Source: Escherichia coli O127:H6 str. E2348/69
GTDB taxonomy: Bacteria; Pseudomonadota; Gammaproteobacteria; Enterobacterales; Enterobacteriaceae
Length of the DNA: 64,000 nucleotides
Assembly: GCF_000026545.1 (NCBI RefSeq)
Contig: NC_011601.1
Reading direction: 5' to 3' (one strand)
Below, piece by piece: positions 1 to 12,096 of the stretch. The notes under the pieces are model-generated. The model had not been told where the DNA came from and searched no databases. It worked only from the letters and a program-made list of their open reading frames with translations. The translations under genes were made by a program, and so were the position numbers. Position 1 is the first letter of the stretch. The number at the start of each line of letters is the position of its first letter.

Positions 1-1787
1 TCGGGATTGCGATGGTGCTTTCGGCGGTATTTGTGCCAATGGCCTTCTTCGGCGGCACCACCGGTGCCATCTATCGCCAGTTCTCTATTACCATTGTTGC
101 GGCGATGGTGCTGTCAGTACTGGTAGCGATGATCCTCACTCCGGCTCTGTGTGCCACGCTACTTAAGCCACTGAAAAAAGGTGAGCATCACGGGCAAAAA
201 GGCTTTTTTGCCTGGTTTAACCAGATGTTTAACCGCAACGCCGAACGCTACGAAAAAGGGGTGGCGAAAATTCTCCACCGTAGCCTGCGCTGGATTGTGA
301 TTTATGTCCTGCTGCTTGGCGGCATGGTGTTCCTGTTCCTGCGTTTGCCGACGTCGTTCTTACCGCTGGAAGACCGTGGCATGTTTACTACCTCGGTACA
401 GTTGCCCAGCGGTTCAACCCAGCAACAGACCCTGAAAGTCGTTGAGCAAATCGAGAAATATTACTTCACCCATGAAAAAGACAACATCATGTCGGTGTTT
501 GCCACCGTGGGTTCTGGCCCTGGGGGTAACGGGCAAAACGTGGCGCGAATGTTTATCCGCCTGAAAGACTGGAGCGAACGCGACAGTAAGACCGGCACCT
601 CGTTTGCCATTATCGAGCGTGCAACGAAGGCGTTTAACAAGATTAAAGAAGCTCGCGTTATCGCCAGCAGCCCGCCAGCAATTAGCGGTCTTGGTAGTTC
701 TGCGGGTTTTGATATGGAGTTGCAGGACCACGCTGGAGCGGGTCACGATGCGCTGATGGCAGCACGAAACCAGTTGCTGGCGCTGGCAGCGGAAAACCCG
801 GAGCTAACCCGTGTGCGCCATAACGGCCTCGACGACAGTCCGCAGTTGCAGATTGATATCGACCAGCGTAAAGCTCAGGCGCTGGGCGTTGCTATCGACG
901 ATATTAACGACACACTGCAAACCGCCTGGGGTTCGAGCTATGTGAATGACTTTATGGATCGCGGTCGCGTGAAGAAAGTCTATGTGCAGGCAGCTGCGCC
1001 GTATCGCATGCTGCCAGATGACATCAATCTCTGGTATGTCCGAAATAAAGATGGCGGCATGGTGCCCTTCTCTGCTTTCGCGACCTCACGCTGGGAGACA
1101 GGCTCGCCGCGTCTGGAACGCTATAACGGTTATTCTGCGGTTGAGATTGTTGGGGAAGCCGCACCGGGGGTCAGTACCGGTACGGCGATGGATATTATGG
1201 AATCGTTAGTGAAGCAGCTGCCAAACGGCTTTGGTCTGGAGTGGACGGCGATGTCGTATCAGGAGCGGCTTTCCGGCGCGCAGGCTCCGGCGCTGTACGC
1301 CATTTCCTTGCTGGTGGTATTCCTGTGTCTGGCGGCATTGTATGAAAGCTGGTCGGTGCCGTTCTCGGTAATGCTGGTCGTGCCGCTGGGGGTTATCGGC
1401 GCGCTGCTGGCAACCTGGATGCGCGGGCTGGAAAACGATGTTTACTTCCAGGTGGGTCTGTTAACGGTCATTGGTTTATCGGCGAAAAACGCTATCCTGA
1501 TCGTCGAGTTTGCTAACGAGATGAACCAAAAAGGCCACGACCTGTTTGAAGCGACGCTCCACGCCTGCCGTCAGCGTTTACGCCCGATTCTGATGACCTC
1601 GCTGGCATTTATCTTCGGCGTATTGCCAATGGCAACCAGCACAGGTGCCGGTTCCGGTGGTCTGCATGCGGTGGGTACTGGCGTAATGGGCGGGATGATT
1701 TCGGCCACTATTCTGGCTATTTACTTCGTGCCGCTGTTCTTTGTGCTGGTGCGCCGCCGCTTCCCGCTGAAGCCGCGCCCGGAATAA
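1..1787 (+). CDS. acrD: RND efflux pump AcrD, C-terminal ~590 aa (5' end lies left of window)
   Basis: ORF 12..1787 open to the window edge; translation matches recalled AcrD C-terminal half and K-12 synteny. Confidence 0.9.
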   Translation, partial: GIAMVLSAVFVPMAFFGGTTGAIYRQFSITIVAAMVLSVLVAMILTPALCATLLKPLKKGEHHGQKGFFAWFNQMFNRNAERYEKGVAKILHRSLRWIVIYVLLLGGMVFLFLRLPTSFLPLEDRGMFTTSVQLPSGSTQQQTLKVVEQIEKYYFTHEKDNIMSVFATVGSGPGGNGQNVARMFIRLKDWSERDSKTGTSFAIIERATKAFNKIKEARVIASSPPAISGLGSSAGFDMELQDHAGAGHDALMAARNQLLALAAENPELTRVRHNGLDDSPQLQIDIDQRKAQALGVAIDDINDTLQTAWGSSYVNDFMDRGRVKKVYVQAAAPYRMLPDDINLWYVRNKDGGMVPFSAFATSRWETGSPRLERYNGYSAVEIVGEAAPGVSTGTAMDIMESLVKQLPNGFGLEWTAMSYQERLSGAQAPALYAISLLVVFLCLAALYESWSVPFSVMLVVPLGVIGALLATWMRGLENDVYFQVGLLTVIGLSAKNAILIVEFANEMNQKGHDLFEATLHACRQRLRPILMTSLAFIFGVLPMATSTGAGSGGLHAVGTGVMGGMISATILAIYFVPLFFVLVRRRFPLKPRPE

Positions 1788-1798
1788 GCAATAAAAAA

Positions 1799-1826
1799 GG
1801 CGACATGCCAATGTGTCGCCCTTTTC
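1799..1826 (+). terminator. Intrinsic terminator after acrD
   Basis: GGCGACA / TGTCGCC stem followed by CTTTTC just after the acrD stop. Confidence 0.6.
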
Positions 1827-1885
1827 AACTTTCCGATTAAGAACCTGCTCAGCGGGTTCTTGCTGTTTGTACTTTGTCTCAGGAA

Positions 1886-1945
1886 TTACTTACGAAGCAT
1901 AACTTCGATAAAGTCTTTCCAGTTCCCCAGTTCACGTTCAATCAT
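1886..1945 (-). CDS. ypfM: Small protein YpfM (19 aa)
   Basis: Minus-strand ORF translating MIERELGNWKDFIEVMLRK with GAGAGG ribosome-binding site; below the ORF-track size cutoff. Confidence 0.7.
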   Translation of the reverse strand: MIERELGNWKDFIEVMLRK

Positions 1946-2307
1946 AACAACCTCTCTTATAATTATGGGTATTCTACGGAAACAATATACCGTGGTGAAG
2001 CTAATTTACTCGATTGCTGTGATGACTACCTCCGGGGGACAAACCTTATGTAAATACTATGGTCCTGCGGTGATGATTTGTATGTGATGCACCGCAACAT
2101 TTCGAGATATTCATACGGCATCTAATACTGATTTAATTCTGGTTAAAATACAGACAGATAACAAGATGAATATTCTTAATGTTTACGTTAAAAATGTTTA
2201 ATGTTATTTAATGGTTGTTAATTTGAATACTTCGATAATGTTATATTTCCTGATAATCATTTGCAGGCAAAATGTTTTCACCTTTAAATGAGTATTTATT
2301 CTCATAA

Positions 2308-2682
<375 letters not shown>

Positions 2683-2685
2683 TCT

Positions 2686-3813
2686 ATGTCGTGCCCGGTT
2701 ATTGAGCTGACACAACAGCTTATTCGCCGCCCTTCCCTGAGTCCTGATGACGCAGGATGCCAGGCTTTGTTGATTGAACGTTTGCAGGCGATCGGTTTTA
2801 CCGTTGAACGCATGGACTTTGCCGACACGCAGAATTTTTGGGCATGGCGTGGGCAGGGTGAAACGTTAGCCTTTGCCGGGCATACCGACGTGGTGCCGCC
2901 TGGCGACGCCGACCGTTGGATCAATCCGCCGTTTGAACCCACCATTCGTGATGGCATGTTATTCGGGCGCGGTGCGGCAGATATGAAAGGCTCGCTGGCG
3001 GCGATGGTGGTAGCGGCAGAACGCTTTGTCGCACAACATCCCAACCATACGGGACGACTGGCATTTCTGATCACCTCTGATGAAGAAGCCAGTGCCCACA
3101 ACGGTACGGTAAAAGTCGTCGAAGCGTTAATGGCGCGTAATGAGCGTCTCGATTACTGCCTGGTCGGCGAACCGTCGAGTATCGAAGTGGTTGGTGATGT
3201 GGTGAAAAATGGTCGTCGCGGATCGTTAACCTGTAACCTTACTATTCATGGCGTGCAGGGGCATGTTGCCTACCCACATCTGGCTGACAATCCGGTACAT
3301 CGCGCAGCACCTTTCCTTAATGAATTAGTGGCTATTGAGTGGGATCAGGGCAATGAATTCTTCCCGGCGACCAGTATGCAGATTGCCAATATTCAGGCGG
3401 GAACGGGCAGTAACAACGTTATTCCGGGTGAACTGTTTGTGCAGTTTAACTTCCGCTTCAGCACCGAACTGACTGATGAGATGATCAAAGCGCAGGTACT
3501 TGCCCTGCTTGAAAAACATCAACTGCGCTATACGGTGGATTGGTGGCTTTCCGGGCAGCCATTTTTGACCGCGCGCGGTAAACTGGTGGATGCGGTCGTT
3601 AACGCGGTTGAGCACTATAATGAAATTAAACCGCAGCTACTGACCACAGGCGGAACGTCCGACGGGCGCTTTATTGCCCGCATGGGGGCGCAGGTGGTGG
3701 AACTCGGGCCGGTCAATGCCACGATTCATAAAATTAATGAATGTGTGAACGCTGCCGACCTGCAGCTACTTGCCCGTATGTATCAACGTATCATGGAACA
3801 GCTCGTCGCCTGA
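2686..3813 (+). CDS. dapE: Succinyl-diaminopimelate desuccinylase
   Basis: 375-aa ORF, M20 peptidase motifs ([15 protein letters not shown]). Confidence 0.95.
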
Positions 3814-3840
3814 TGAGTGGTTCTGCAAGAGGAAATAAGC

Positions 3841-4041
3841 ATGGACTGGCTGGCTAAATATTGGTGGATTCTGGTGATTGTCTTTTTGGTAGGCGTCCTG
3901 CTGAACGTGATTAAAGATCTCAAGCGCGTCGACCATAAGAAATTTCTCGCCAACAAGCCGGAGCTTCCCCCGCATCGTGATTTCAACGATAAATGGGACG
4001 ATGACGACGACTGGCCGAAAAAGGATCAACCGAAGAAGTAA
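3841..4041 (+). CDS. ypfN: UPF0370 small membrane protein YpfN
   Basis: ATG at 3841 preceded by AGGAAA; product MDWLAKYWW...; the ORF-track start at 3817 is an upstream extension. Confidence 0.85.
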
Positions 4042-4047
4042 GCTAAG

Positions 4048-4111
4048 TGGCCGGATAAGGCGTTAACGCCGCATCCGGCCATGATGCCTGATACGGTCTT
4101 ATCAGGCCTAC
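4048..4111. repeat. REP/BIME palindromic elements
   Basis: GCCGGATAAGGCG..CGCATCCGGC palindromic unit plus a second GCCTGATA..TATCAGGC unit between convergent ypfN and ypfH. Confidence 0.6.
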
Positions 4112-4121
4112 CCGGCTATTA

Positions 4122-4820
4122 TTACATCATTTCAATCACATCATCATCGCCAGGCTTACCGCCGCTTAGCGCTTCGTCGAAATAATGTTTCGGAATGGTA
4201 TAACGCAAGTGATCCAGGGCTAATTGCATACTGCGATTGTCGATCGCATGGCCTAAATCCTCCACGATATCCAGCGTCACATCGCCACCGGCACTGATTA
4301 ACGCTTCCTGCGCCGCAACCGCATGCGCCAGATCGATAACCGGATCTTCACCGCCATGAATCAAGTGAATTGTTGTGGCTGTAGACGCGGTTTCCGGCAG
4401 GCTCGCGTAGCGTCCGTTGAAGGCAATGACGCGCGAAGCAAGGCCCGGTTCGGCTTTAATGCTCTCCAGCGCCATAATCGCGCCTTGTGAGAAACCGATT
4501 AGCGCCGTGGCATTAGCCCCTACTCCGCTTTGTTTCTGCCAGTAGCGCACCGTCTCAATAAACGTCGGCATGATAGCATCCACACGCGCCTGGCGATTAT
4601 CTTCCGTAATACCCTGCACCGAAAACCACTGACGCCCCGCCGGATTACCGCTCGGCTCCGCGCCACCGACACTCACCACCAGCGCATCAGGAAACAGCGG
4701 CGCAAACCAGCTGCCTATTTCCCCCATTGCCACCGGGTTATCCCCGACACCGTGGAAAAGCAGTAACAACTGTTGTGCTGGTTTATCCGGGCTTTGAACA
4801 ACAAAATGGTCATGTTTCAT
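4122..4820 (-). CDS. ypfH: Esterase YpfH (phospholipase/carboxylesterase family)
   Basis: ORF 4122..4844; likely start at internal MKHDHFVV; alpha/beta hydrolase motifs. Confidence 0.9.
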   Translation of the reverse strand: MKHDHFVVQSPDKPAQQLLLLFHGVGDNPVAMGEIGSWFAPLFPDALVVSVGGAEPSGNPAGRQWFSVQGITEDNRQARVDAIMPTFIETVRYWQKQSGVGANATALIGFSQGAIMALESIKAEPGLASRVIAFNGRYASLPETASTATTIHLIHGGEDPVIDLAHAVAAQEALISAGGDVTLDIVEDLGHAIDNRSMQLALDHLRYTIPKHYFDEALSGGKPGDDDVIEMM

Positions 4821-4893
4821 GGCGAACTCCTTAACTGATGTCATTAATTTTACGCCGCTGACTCACAATGACCATGGGAGAAAATTGAAGGAG

Positions 4894-6909
4894 TCAGTGA
4901 AAAAATTGCCATTGCGTTATGCGATCGCGCAGACGCTCAGTGCGAACATCATCAAGTGCGAATAGCGCCTGCGCGGCCTCTTCCCGCTGGCGAACCAGTA
5001 ACAGCTTACGGCCTGAAAGTTTAAGTGTGGTACATAACTGCGCGTCACTGGCGTTTTTCTGTAAACGCCCACGCAGCGCCGGTAATGCCAGTTCGCTGGT
5101 TTGTAACAGACGCATTAAGCAACCTAACGACGTTAATAGCGGACGATGAGCGAAAGCAAAACCGGCCAGTTCAAGCCAGTCGTCGTCAGAAAGGACGGCA
5201 TCGTTTAGTGGATCAACAGGAAGCATTTCGCCATTCCACTGCGCGAGAACTTGCGCATCGCGACGTAAACGGTAATGCTCACGTTCAGCCAGCTGTTTAC
5301 CCGCATCACTCATCGGTAACAGCGCCATCGCCGTATAGCAACCGCTGCTGGCTTCACGATGATTACCCATTCGCACCAGCACAAAACCGCAGCGTTGCCA
5401 GAAACGCCATAATTCCCCGGTGTAACCAAAACTCACCGAAAGATAGTCGAGGTCCTGCGTATATTGCAAAGCACCAGCAATAAGTTGCCGCCCTGTGCCT
5501 TCCCGCTGACGCGCCGGATGAACTGCTATCCGGCTGACCCGCCGTCCACGCAATGTCGCTGCCAGTGGATTGCTGCCGTGCGCCGCCAGCGACTGGGCCA
5601 CCAGATTACCCCGTGGACGACGATAACCCGCCCATACCGCCTGACTGAGTTCTTGAGATAATCCACCCTCATCCACCAGCCACAGCGCTCCGGCAATCTC
5701 GTTTTCGCCAGCCGCCTGTAAAAAATGTTGACCTGGTGCATCCATCATGCGGCGTAAATCCAGCGGCGAAGTCCGGTAGTGCGCACCAGACAATAATTGA
5801 TAAACCTTTAACGGCGTTTCTGGCTCGCTTCGCCATAACGTCTGTTCAAATGCGGAAATAACGATATTGCCTTGTGGTGTATGGGTGAAGTTTTCATCGT
5901 CAAACACCAGTGCCTCACTAACCATTTTTTCCAGCGGGCATCCCTGCGCCCAACGGATCGGCTGTTGTAGTTCAAAACGGTGTAAATGCGGAAAGCGAGC
6001 GCAAAATTTCAGCAAAAAACCACGTCCGGTGCCTTCGTAGCCCTGCACCGTAGTGGTTAACAACGTTCGAGGAAAACGCGATACCAGTTGATGCAACAAC
6101 GGCGCAGGTATAGCTGCGGCTTCATCGACCACCAGCCAATCGGCTTGCTCATCGCTGGCTAACAAGGCATCCGGTGCAATAAAGCGAAACTTCTCGCCCG
6201 CAAATTGTGCCAGTACATCCGTTGCCGCTTTTGCGGGCGCGGTGACAATCGCACTGCCCGCAATACGAGAAATGAGTTGCCCTGCCAACGCCGACTTACC
6301 GCGCCCACGCGCAGCAGTTACCGCTGCCACGCCCGGCGGCATGGTCAGTAGCTGCTGTAAGAGTTGCTGTTGTTCTGGTTGTGGTGCGCCGGTAGCGGGG
6401 TGCCAGTCAGTACGGGGAGTAAAATGCGCCAACGAGAACGGCTGGTTTTGCCGCCAGAGGATGGCGTCGTTATTCGCCGTAAGTACACGTTTGAGGTGCA
6501 GGACAAAATGCGGCGTCGCAATAGGGTCAGGGCAATCACTCCAGCGCAGCGAGTCGGCATCAGGTTGGTTTTCCCACTCATCCCATACAGGGAGTAACAA
6601 CACCAGCCAGCTTCCCGCTTTCAACGTTCCGCTAAGTGCCGCAAAGGCAGCGGCATCAAAGCCGTGGCGGGCGTCGAATACCGCATGCCGGAACTCGCGC
6701 CCAAGTAAAGTTTGTAGTGCCGAGGGAGAACAGTGGTTTTCAGCATCTGGCTGCGGCGAAATCCACAGCCAGTCGCCAGGTAAGGCATCACGCAACTTAA
6801 GCGCATGATCAAAACACCAACGCTCTTCCCCGCTCAACACCAGCAAGCGGCGGATCCCTTCACGTTTCATTTGCGCTGTTAATGTGTGAAGCGCAGTCAG
6901 TTCAGCCAT
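4894..6909 (-). CDS. tmcA: tRNA(Met) cytidine acetyltransferase
   Basis: 671-aa ORF with helicase-like P-loop (GRGKSA) and GNAT region; synteny. Confidence 0.95.
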   Translation of the reverse strand: MAELTALHTLTAQMKREGIRRLLVLSGEERWCFDHALKLRDALPGDWLWISPQPDAENHCSPSALQTLLGREFRHAVFDARHGFDAAAFAALSGTLKAGSWLVLLLPVWDEWENQPDADSLRWSDCPDPIATPHFVLHLKRVLTANNDAILWRQNQPFSLAHFTPRTDWHPATGAPQPEQQQLLQQLLTMPPGVAAVTAARGRGKSALAGQLISRIAGSAIVTAPAKAATDVLAQFAGEKFRFIAPDALLASDEQADWLVVDEAAAIPAPLLHQLVSRFPRTLLTTTVQGYEGTGRGFLLKFCARFPHLHRFELQQPIRWAQGCPLEKMVSEALVFDDENFTHTPQGNIVISAFEQTLWRSEPETPLKVYQLLSGAHYRTSPLDLRRMMDAPGQHFLQAAGENEIAGALWLVDEGGLSQELSQAVWAGYRRPRGNLVAQSLAAHGSNPLAATLRGRRVSRIAVHPARQREGTGRQLIAGALQYTQDLDYLSVSFGYTGELWRFWQRCGFVLVRMGNHREASSGCYTAMALLPMSDAGKQLAEREHYRLRRDAQVLAQWNGEMLPVDPLNDAVLSDDDWLELAGFAFAHRPLLTSLGCLMRLLQTSELALPALRGRLQKNASDAQLCTTLKLSGRKLLLVRQREEAAQALFALDDVRTERLRDRITQWQFFH

Positions 6910-6923
6910 CCCTGCCCCGGAAG

Positions 6924-7787
6924 TTAAATGCTTTTACCAAAAGTATTGCATTGTGCCGGATCGCCGCTGTCGAAACCACGTTTAAACCAGCTGTAGCGTT
7001 GCTGAGAAGTGCCATGAGTGAAACTGTCTGGTACTACTCGCCCCTGACTTTGCTGTTGTAAACGGTCATCGCCGATGGCCTGCGCCGCGTTCAGCGCCTC
7101 TTCCAGATCGCCAGTTTCCAGAACACCTTGCTGCTGCATACTATGCCCCCATACACCGGCAAAACAGTCGGCCTGGAGTTCCATACGCACAGATAAGCGG
7201 TTTACTTCCGCCTGCGTCGCGTTTTGTTGCAGTTGACGAACTTTCGGCTCGATGCCTAGCAGTTTCTGCACATGATGACCGACTTCATGAGCGATAACGT
7301 ACCCCTGGGCAAAATCGCCATCCGCGCCAAGTTTGTCTTTCATGTCATCATAGAAGGAGAGATCGATATAAACTGTGCCATCCGCCGGGCAATAGAATGG
7401 CCCCATAATGGACTGTCCCGCCCCGCAGCCGGTACGCGTCATTCCACGGTACATGACCAGCTTCGGTTGCTGATAGGTTTTACCCATCTTCTCGAATTGC
7501 TGTCCCCAGGTGTCTTCCGTGGTTGCCAGAATCACCGAGGTGAATTTTGCGGCTTCGTCTTCATTAGGGCTAATTGACCGCGTTGATTGCTGTTGGGAAA
7601 CCGGCTGTCCGGTCATCAACCCGGTTAAATCAACGCCATAGTAGCCTGCAACCAGCACGACTATCAGTAAAATCAGCCCGCCTTTACCGCTTGGCAGGCG
7701 AAAACCGGGACCGCCCATAGACGGACCACCAGAGCTGTTGCGCCTGTCTTCAACATTGTCACTTTCACGTCGCCCTTGCCAACGCAT
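6924..7787 (-). CDS. ypfJ: Putative zinc metalloprotease YpfJ
   Basis: 287-aa ORF with HEVGHH motif and N-terminal membrane anchor. Confidence 0.9.
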
Positions 7788-7954
7788 AGATACCTCAACA
7801 TTATATTCATTATAGAAATGATCGTAGGTGGTTCAGAGGAAGATTACCACAGGAAAGCGGGATGAAATGGCGGAGGAATGAGCGTTCAATGCACATCTTA
7901 TGAGAGCGGTTGTCTTGCCGTGCCAGCAGCACGGCAAGATGATGAACAGAAAAA

Positions 7955-8668
7955 TCAGTCCAGCTGTACACCCAGGCGGCGGGCAACGGCTTCATAGGCT
8001 TCGATCAGGCCACCGAGGCTCTGTCGGAAACGGTCTTTGTCCATTTTCTCCAGCGTTTCTTTGTCCCACAGGCGGCTGCCGTCCGGGGAGAACTCATCGC
8101 CCAGAACCACTTCGCCTTTGTACAGACCAAACTCCAGCTTGAAGTCGACCAGAATCAGACCTGCATCATCGAACAGTTTTTTCAGCACGTCGTTCGCTTT
8201 GTAGGTCAGCTCTTTCATACGCGCCAGATTCTCTTTGCTCACCCAGCCAAAGGTTTCGCAGTAAGATTCGTTGACCATCGGATCGTGCATGGCGTCGTTT
8301 TTCAGGAACAGATCGAACAGTGGCGGGTTCAGCTCAATACCTTCTTCGATTCCAAGACGTTTCACCAGAGAGCCAGCAGCACGGTTACGCACGACACACT
8401 CAACCGGCACCATATCCAGCTTTTTCACCAGACATTCGGTATCGGAGAGCAGACGCTCCATTTGAGTCGGGATACCCGCTTCAGCCAGTTTGCTCATAAT
8501 GAAGTAGTTGAACTTGTTGTTCACCATACCTTTGCGATCAAACTGCTCAATGCGCGCGCCATCCCCTGCTGACGTATCATTGCGGAATTCGAGCACCAAC
8601 AGGTCCGGGTTTTCCGTGCTGTATACGGTTTTCGCTTTACCACGATACAACTCAGCTTGCTTTTGCAT
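7955..8668 (-). CDS. purC: SAICAR synthetase
   Basis: ORF 7955..8677; start placed at [18 protein letters not shown]. Confidence 0.95.
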
Positions 8669-8721
8669 CTTTATCACTCCTGGGTGTGAATTAACGTTTT
8701 AAAATCTTTTGCTGTCTGGTG

Positions 8722-8782
<61 letters not shown>

Positions 8783-8821
8783 TTTCGTGCGAATTACCGC
8801 TAAAATCGCGTTTTTCTGTCG

Positions 8822-8837
8822 ACGCACACGTTTGCGT
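8822..8837. promoter_or_regulatory. PurR box upstream of purC
   Basis: ACGCACACGTTTGCGT (reverse complement ACGCAAACGTGTGCGT) close to the PurR operator consensus, in the purC leader. Confidence 0.6.
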
Positions 8838-8880
8838 ATCATATCAGAAAAAAGGGCCGGATGACTCCAGCCCTGTATTT

Positions 8881-9915
8881 TTACTTGCTAAACGCAGCCT
8901 GGAAGACAGCTACCAGCGCGTCGTTCTGACTCTGAGTCAGAGTATGACCTTTCGGATCGATGAACTGTAGGCTGCTGCGGTTATCTAAATCGCCAACCTG
9001 CAGTTTATAGTCACCGGATGCCAGACCTGGATCGCTCGCGCCCAGTTCGTGCCATTCGCTGTCAGACAGCGGCTTATAAGTTACGGCCATGTTGCCCTGC
9101 GAACGGGTGCTGTCGGTCACTTTCATGCCCACTTTTTCCAGCGCAGCTGGCAGACGTTGCCAAACCACATTGAACGGCCCGCGTACGACCAGCATTGGTA
9201 AACCGGTGTCATCAGCTGCACTTTGTACGTCCATAGTGGTGGAGGCACGATTTTGCGCAGCGTTCGCGGCGTCAGTGGCAGATTTATCCAGACCGGCGGA
9301 AATAACGTTCATCATCTCCGTGCTGTAACGCTGCATAGAAGCCGCGTCTGCAACCGGTTTGCCCGCCTGTTCCAGGTTCAGCAGTTTAACCGTAACCGCC
9401 TGCTGATAACCCTGCGGCTTAACAGAGATTTGATAACGACCACGATACTGCTCGTCTTCGTCCAGACGGTTCCATTGTACCCAATCGGTGGTCAGTGTCT
9501 GACCAGCATCATCACGTTGGGTGATGGTGTAGTTTTTCGCCTGCAGCACGCTAACCACCTGCGGCCACAGAGTATTACCACGACCATTTTCCACCAGCAA
9601 TGAAGCGGTATCGCCCGTGAACTGGGTGCGCGCGCCAGAAACCAGTGCCAGCGGCTGGGCTGGTGGACGAATGTCCAGCGCCTTACCGACGGCACCACTA
9701 CCGTTGGTCACCGGGATTGCATAATCGCCGGAGGTCACCGGCAAGATCATTCCAGCCGGGGCATGAAGCTCCGCAAGCGGTGCCGCTTCCAGGTAGGCTT
9801 CATCACCACTGACCTGACGCTTATAGCGTGAGTCAGAACTACAGGCAGCGAGTAATAAAACAAGCGAAACACCCGCAACCTTTGCCAGGCGCGACTTTTG
9901 AACAGAGTAAGCCAT
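8881..9915 (-). CDS. bamC: Outer membrane lipoprotein BamC (NlpB)
   Basis: ORF 8881..9918; lipobox LLAAC near the N-terminus. Confidence 0.9.
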   Translation of the reverse strand: MAYSVQKSRLAKVAGVSLVLLLAACSSDSRYKRQVSGDEAYLEAAPLAELHAPAGMILPVTSGDYAIPVTNGSGAVGKALDIRPPAQPLALVSGARTQFTGDTASLLVENGRGNTLWPQVVSVLQAKNYTITQRDDAGQTLTTDWVQWNRLDEDEQYRGRYQISVKPQGYQQAVTVKLLNLEQAGKPVADAASMQRYSTEMMNVISAGLDKSATDAANAAQNRASTTMDVQSAADDTGLPMLVVRGPFNVVWQRLPAALEKVGMKVTDSTRSQGNMAVTYKPLSDSEWHELGASDPGLASGDYKLQVGDLDNRSSLQFIDPKGHTLTQSQNDALVAVFQAAFSK

Positions 9916-9931
9916 CAAATCTCCCTAAACT

Positions 9932-10810
9932 TTACAGCAAACCGGCATGCTTAAGCGCCGCTCTGACCGTCTCACGACCACTGTCGGTGATTGGTGTCAT
10001 TGGCAGGCGCAGCGTATCGGTCGCCACAAGACCCAGTTCCTTACATGCCCATTTCACCGGGATTGGATTGGGTTCGACAAATAGTTTGTTGTGTAATGGC
10101 ATCAGACGCTGATTAATAACGCGTGCCTCGGCAAAATGCCCTTCTGCTGCCAGTTTGCACATCTGGGCCATATCACGCGCTGCGACGTTAGCCGTAACGG
10201 AAATAACCCCATGACCGCCTAATTGCATGAAGTCCAGCGCGCTCGCATCATCGCCGCTCAGCAGAACAAAATCATCTGAAACCAGCTCTTTGATCTGGTT
10301 TACACGCGTTAAGTTCCCTGTTGCCTCTTTGATTCCGATAATATTTTTTACTTTCGCCAGACGGCCCACCGTTTCCGGGAGCAGATCGCAGCCAGTACGG
10401 GACGGCACATTATACAGAATTTGCGGCAGGTCAGTATGTTCAGCGATGGCTTTGAAATGCTGATACAAACCTTCTTGCGACGGACGATTGTAGTAAGGGG
10501 TTACCGTCAGGCAGCCGACGATACCGCTGTCATTGAAGCGCTGCGTCAGGCTAATGGCTTCCGCAGTAGCGTTAGCACCGGTCCCGGCAATCACCGGAAT
10601 GCGCCCGTCAGCCAGCTCCAGCGTCATCATCACCACATCAGCATGTTCGTCATGATTTAAGGTAGCGGACTCGCCAGTGGTGCCAACAGAAACGATCGCC
10701 GAAGTACCGCTGGCGACATGATAATCAATCAGTTTTTTCAAGCTAGCCCGACAGACATTACCTTTTTCATCCATCGGAGTAACAATCGCGACAATACTTC
10801 CCGTGAACAT
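9932..10810 (-). CDS. dapA: 4-hydroxy-tetrahydrodipicolinate synthase
   Basis: ORF 9932..10828; start placed at [13 protein letters not shown]. Confidence 0.95.
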   Translation of the reverse strand: MFTGSIVAIVTPMDEKGNVCRASLKKLIDYHVASGTSAIVSVGTTGESATLNHDEHADVVMMTLELADGRIPVIAGTGANATAEAISLTQRFNDSGIVGCLTVTPYYNRPSQEGLYQHFKAIAEHTDLPQILYNVPSRTGCDLLPETVGRLAKVKNIIGIKEATGNLTRVNQIKELVSDDFVLLSGDDASALDFMQLGGHGVISVTANVAARDMAQMCKLAAEGHFAEARVINQRLMPLHNKLFVEPNPIPVKWACKELGLVATDTLRLPMTPITDSGRETVRAALKHAGLL

Positions 10811-10955
10811 GGGCCATCCTCTGTGCAAACAAGTGTCTCAATGGTACGTTTGGTATGGCATTAAAAGCAAGCAGACAGAACCGTTCTGATTGTTGTATGC
10901 ATGTTTTTTTTATGCTTTCCTTAAGAACAACTCACCCCTTGAAGGAATAACCAGT

Positions 10956-11528
10956 TTGACACTGTCATCGCAACATTATCTGGTGATCACTGCGTTGGGT
11001 GCCGATCGCCCTGGAATAGTGAACACCATCACCCGTCATGTCAGTAGTTGCGGCTGTAATATTGAAGACAGTCGCCTGGCGATGCTGGGAGAAGAGTTCA
11101 CGTTTATCATGCTGCTTTCCGGTTCATGGAATGCCATTACTCTGATTGAATCAACGTTACCGTTGAAAGGTGCCGAATTGGATCTTTTAATCGTGATGAA
11201 ACGGACAACAGCCCGTCCGCGTCCGCCCATGCCAGCATCGGTCTGGGTTCAGGTCGATGTGGCCGACTCTCCGCATTTGATTGAACGCTTCACAGCACTT
11301 TTCGACGCGCATCATATGAACATTGCGGAGCTGGTGTCGCGCACGCAACCTGCTGAAAATGAACGGGCTGCGCAGTTGCATATTCAGATAACTGCCCACA
11401 GCCCCGCATCTGCGGACGCAGCAAATATTGAGCAAGCGTTCAAAGCCCTATGTACAGAACTCAATGCACAAGGCAGTATTAACGTCGTCAATTATTCCCA
11501 ACATGATGAACAGGATGGAGTTAAGTAA
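10956..11528 (+). CDS. gcvR: Glycine cleavage system transcriptional repressor
   Basis: ORF 10890..11528; recalled GcvR begins at the TLSSQHYLVITALG region, implying an internal TTG start; ACT-domain protein. Confidence 0.8.
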   Translation: MTLSSQHYLVITALGADRPGIVNTITRHVSSCGCNIEDSRLAMLGEEFTFIMLLSGSWNAITLIESTLPLKGAELDLLIVMKRTTARPRPPMPASVWVQVDVADSPHLIERFTALFDAHHMNIAELVSRTQPAENERAAQLHIQITAHSPASADAANIEQAFKALCTELNAQGSINVVNYSQHDEQDGVK

Positions 11529-11998
11529 TGAATCCACTGAAAGCCGGTGATATCGCACCGAAATTTAGCTTGCCGGATCAAGACGGAGAACAAGTTAATT
11601 TGACCGACTTCCAGGGACAGCGTGTTCTGGTTTATTTCTACCCGAAAGCCATGACCCCCGGCTGTACCGTACAGGCCTGCGGCTTACGCGATAACATGGA
11701 TGAGTTGAAAAAAGCGGGCGTTGATGTGCTGGGTATCAGCACCGATAAACCCGAAAAACTCTCCCGTTTTGCGGAAAAAGAGCTGCTTAACTTTACGCTC
11801 CTGTCTGATGAGGACCACCAGGTGTGCGAACAATTCGGCGTCTGGGGTGAAAAGTCCTTCATGGGCAAAACCTACGATGGTATTCATCGCATCAGCTTCC
11901 TGATTGACGCTGATGGCAAAATCGAACATGTCTTTGACGATTTCAAAACCAGCAATCACCACGACGTTGTGCTGAACTGGCTGAAAGAACACGCCTGA
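11528..11998 (+). CDS. bcp: Peroxiredoxin Bcp
   Basis: 156-aa ORF with PGCT peroxidatic Cys motif; start overlaps the gcvR stop. Confidence 0.95.
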   Translation: MNPLKAGDIAPKFSLPDQDGEQVNLTDFQGQRVLVYFYPKAMTPGCTVQACGLRDNMDELKKAGVDVLGISTDKPEKLSRFAEKELLNFTLLSDEDHQVCEQFGVWGEKSFMGKTYDGIHRISFLIDADGKIEHVFDDFKTSNHHDVVLNWLKEHA

Positions 11999-12096
11999 TT
12001 ACTTTGCTCCATTCCGTGCTGGCTGCGCTTGCGGCCAGCACATCTCACATCTTCTCACTGCCCTGCAACACTCGTTTCAAATTTTTTCGCTGAAGG

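Noticed and set aside
10890-10955. N-terminal extension of gcvR from the first in-frame start
   Set aside because: The extension encodes a hydrophobic peptide not present in the GcvR sequence I recall; the protein most plausibly starts at the internal TTG.
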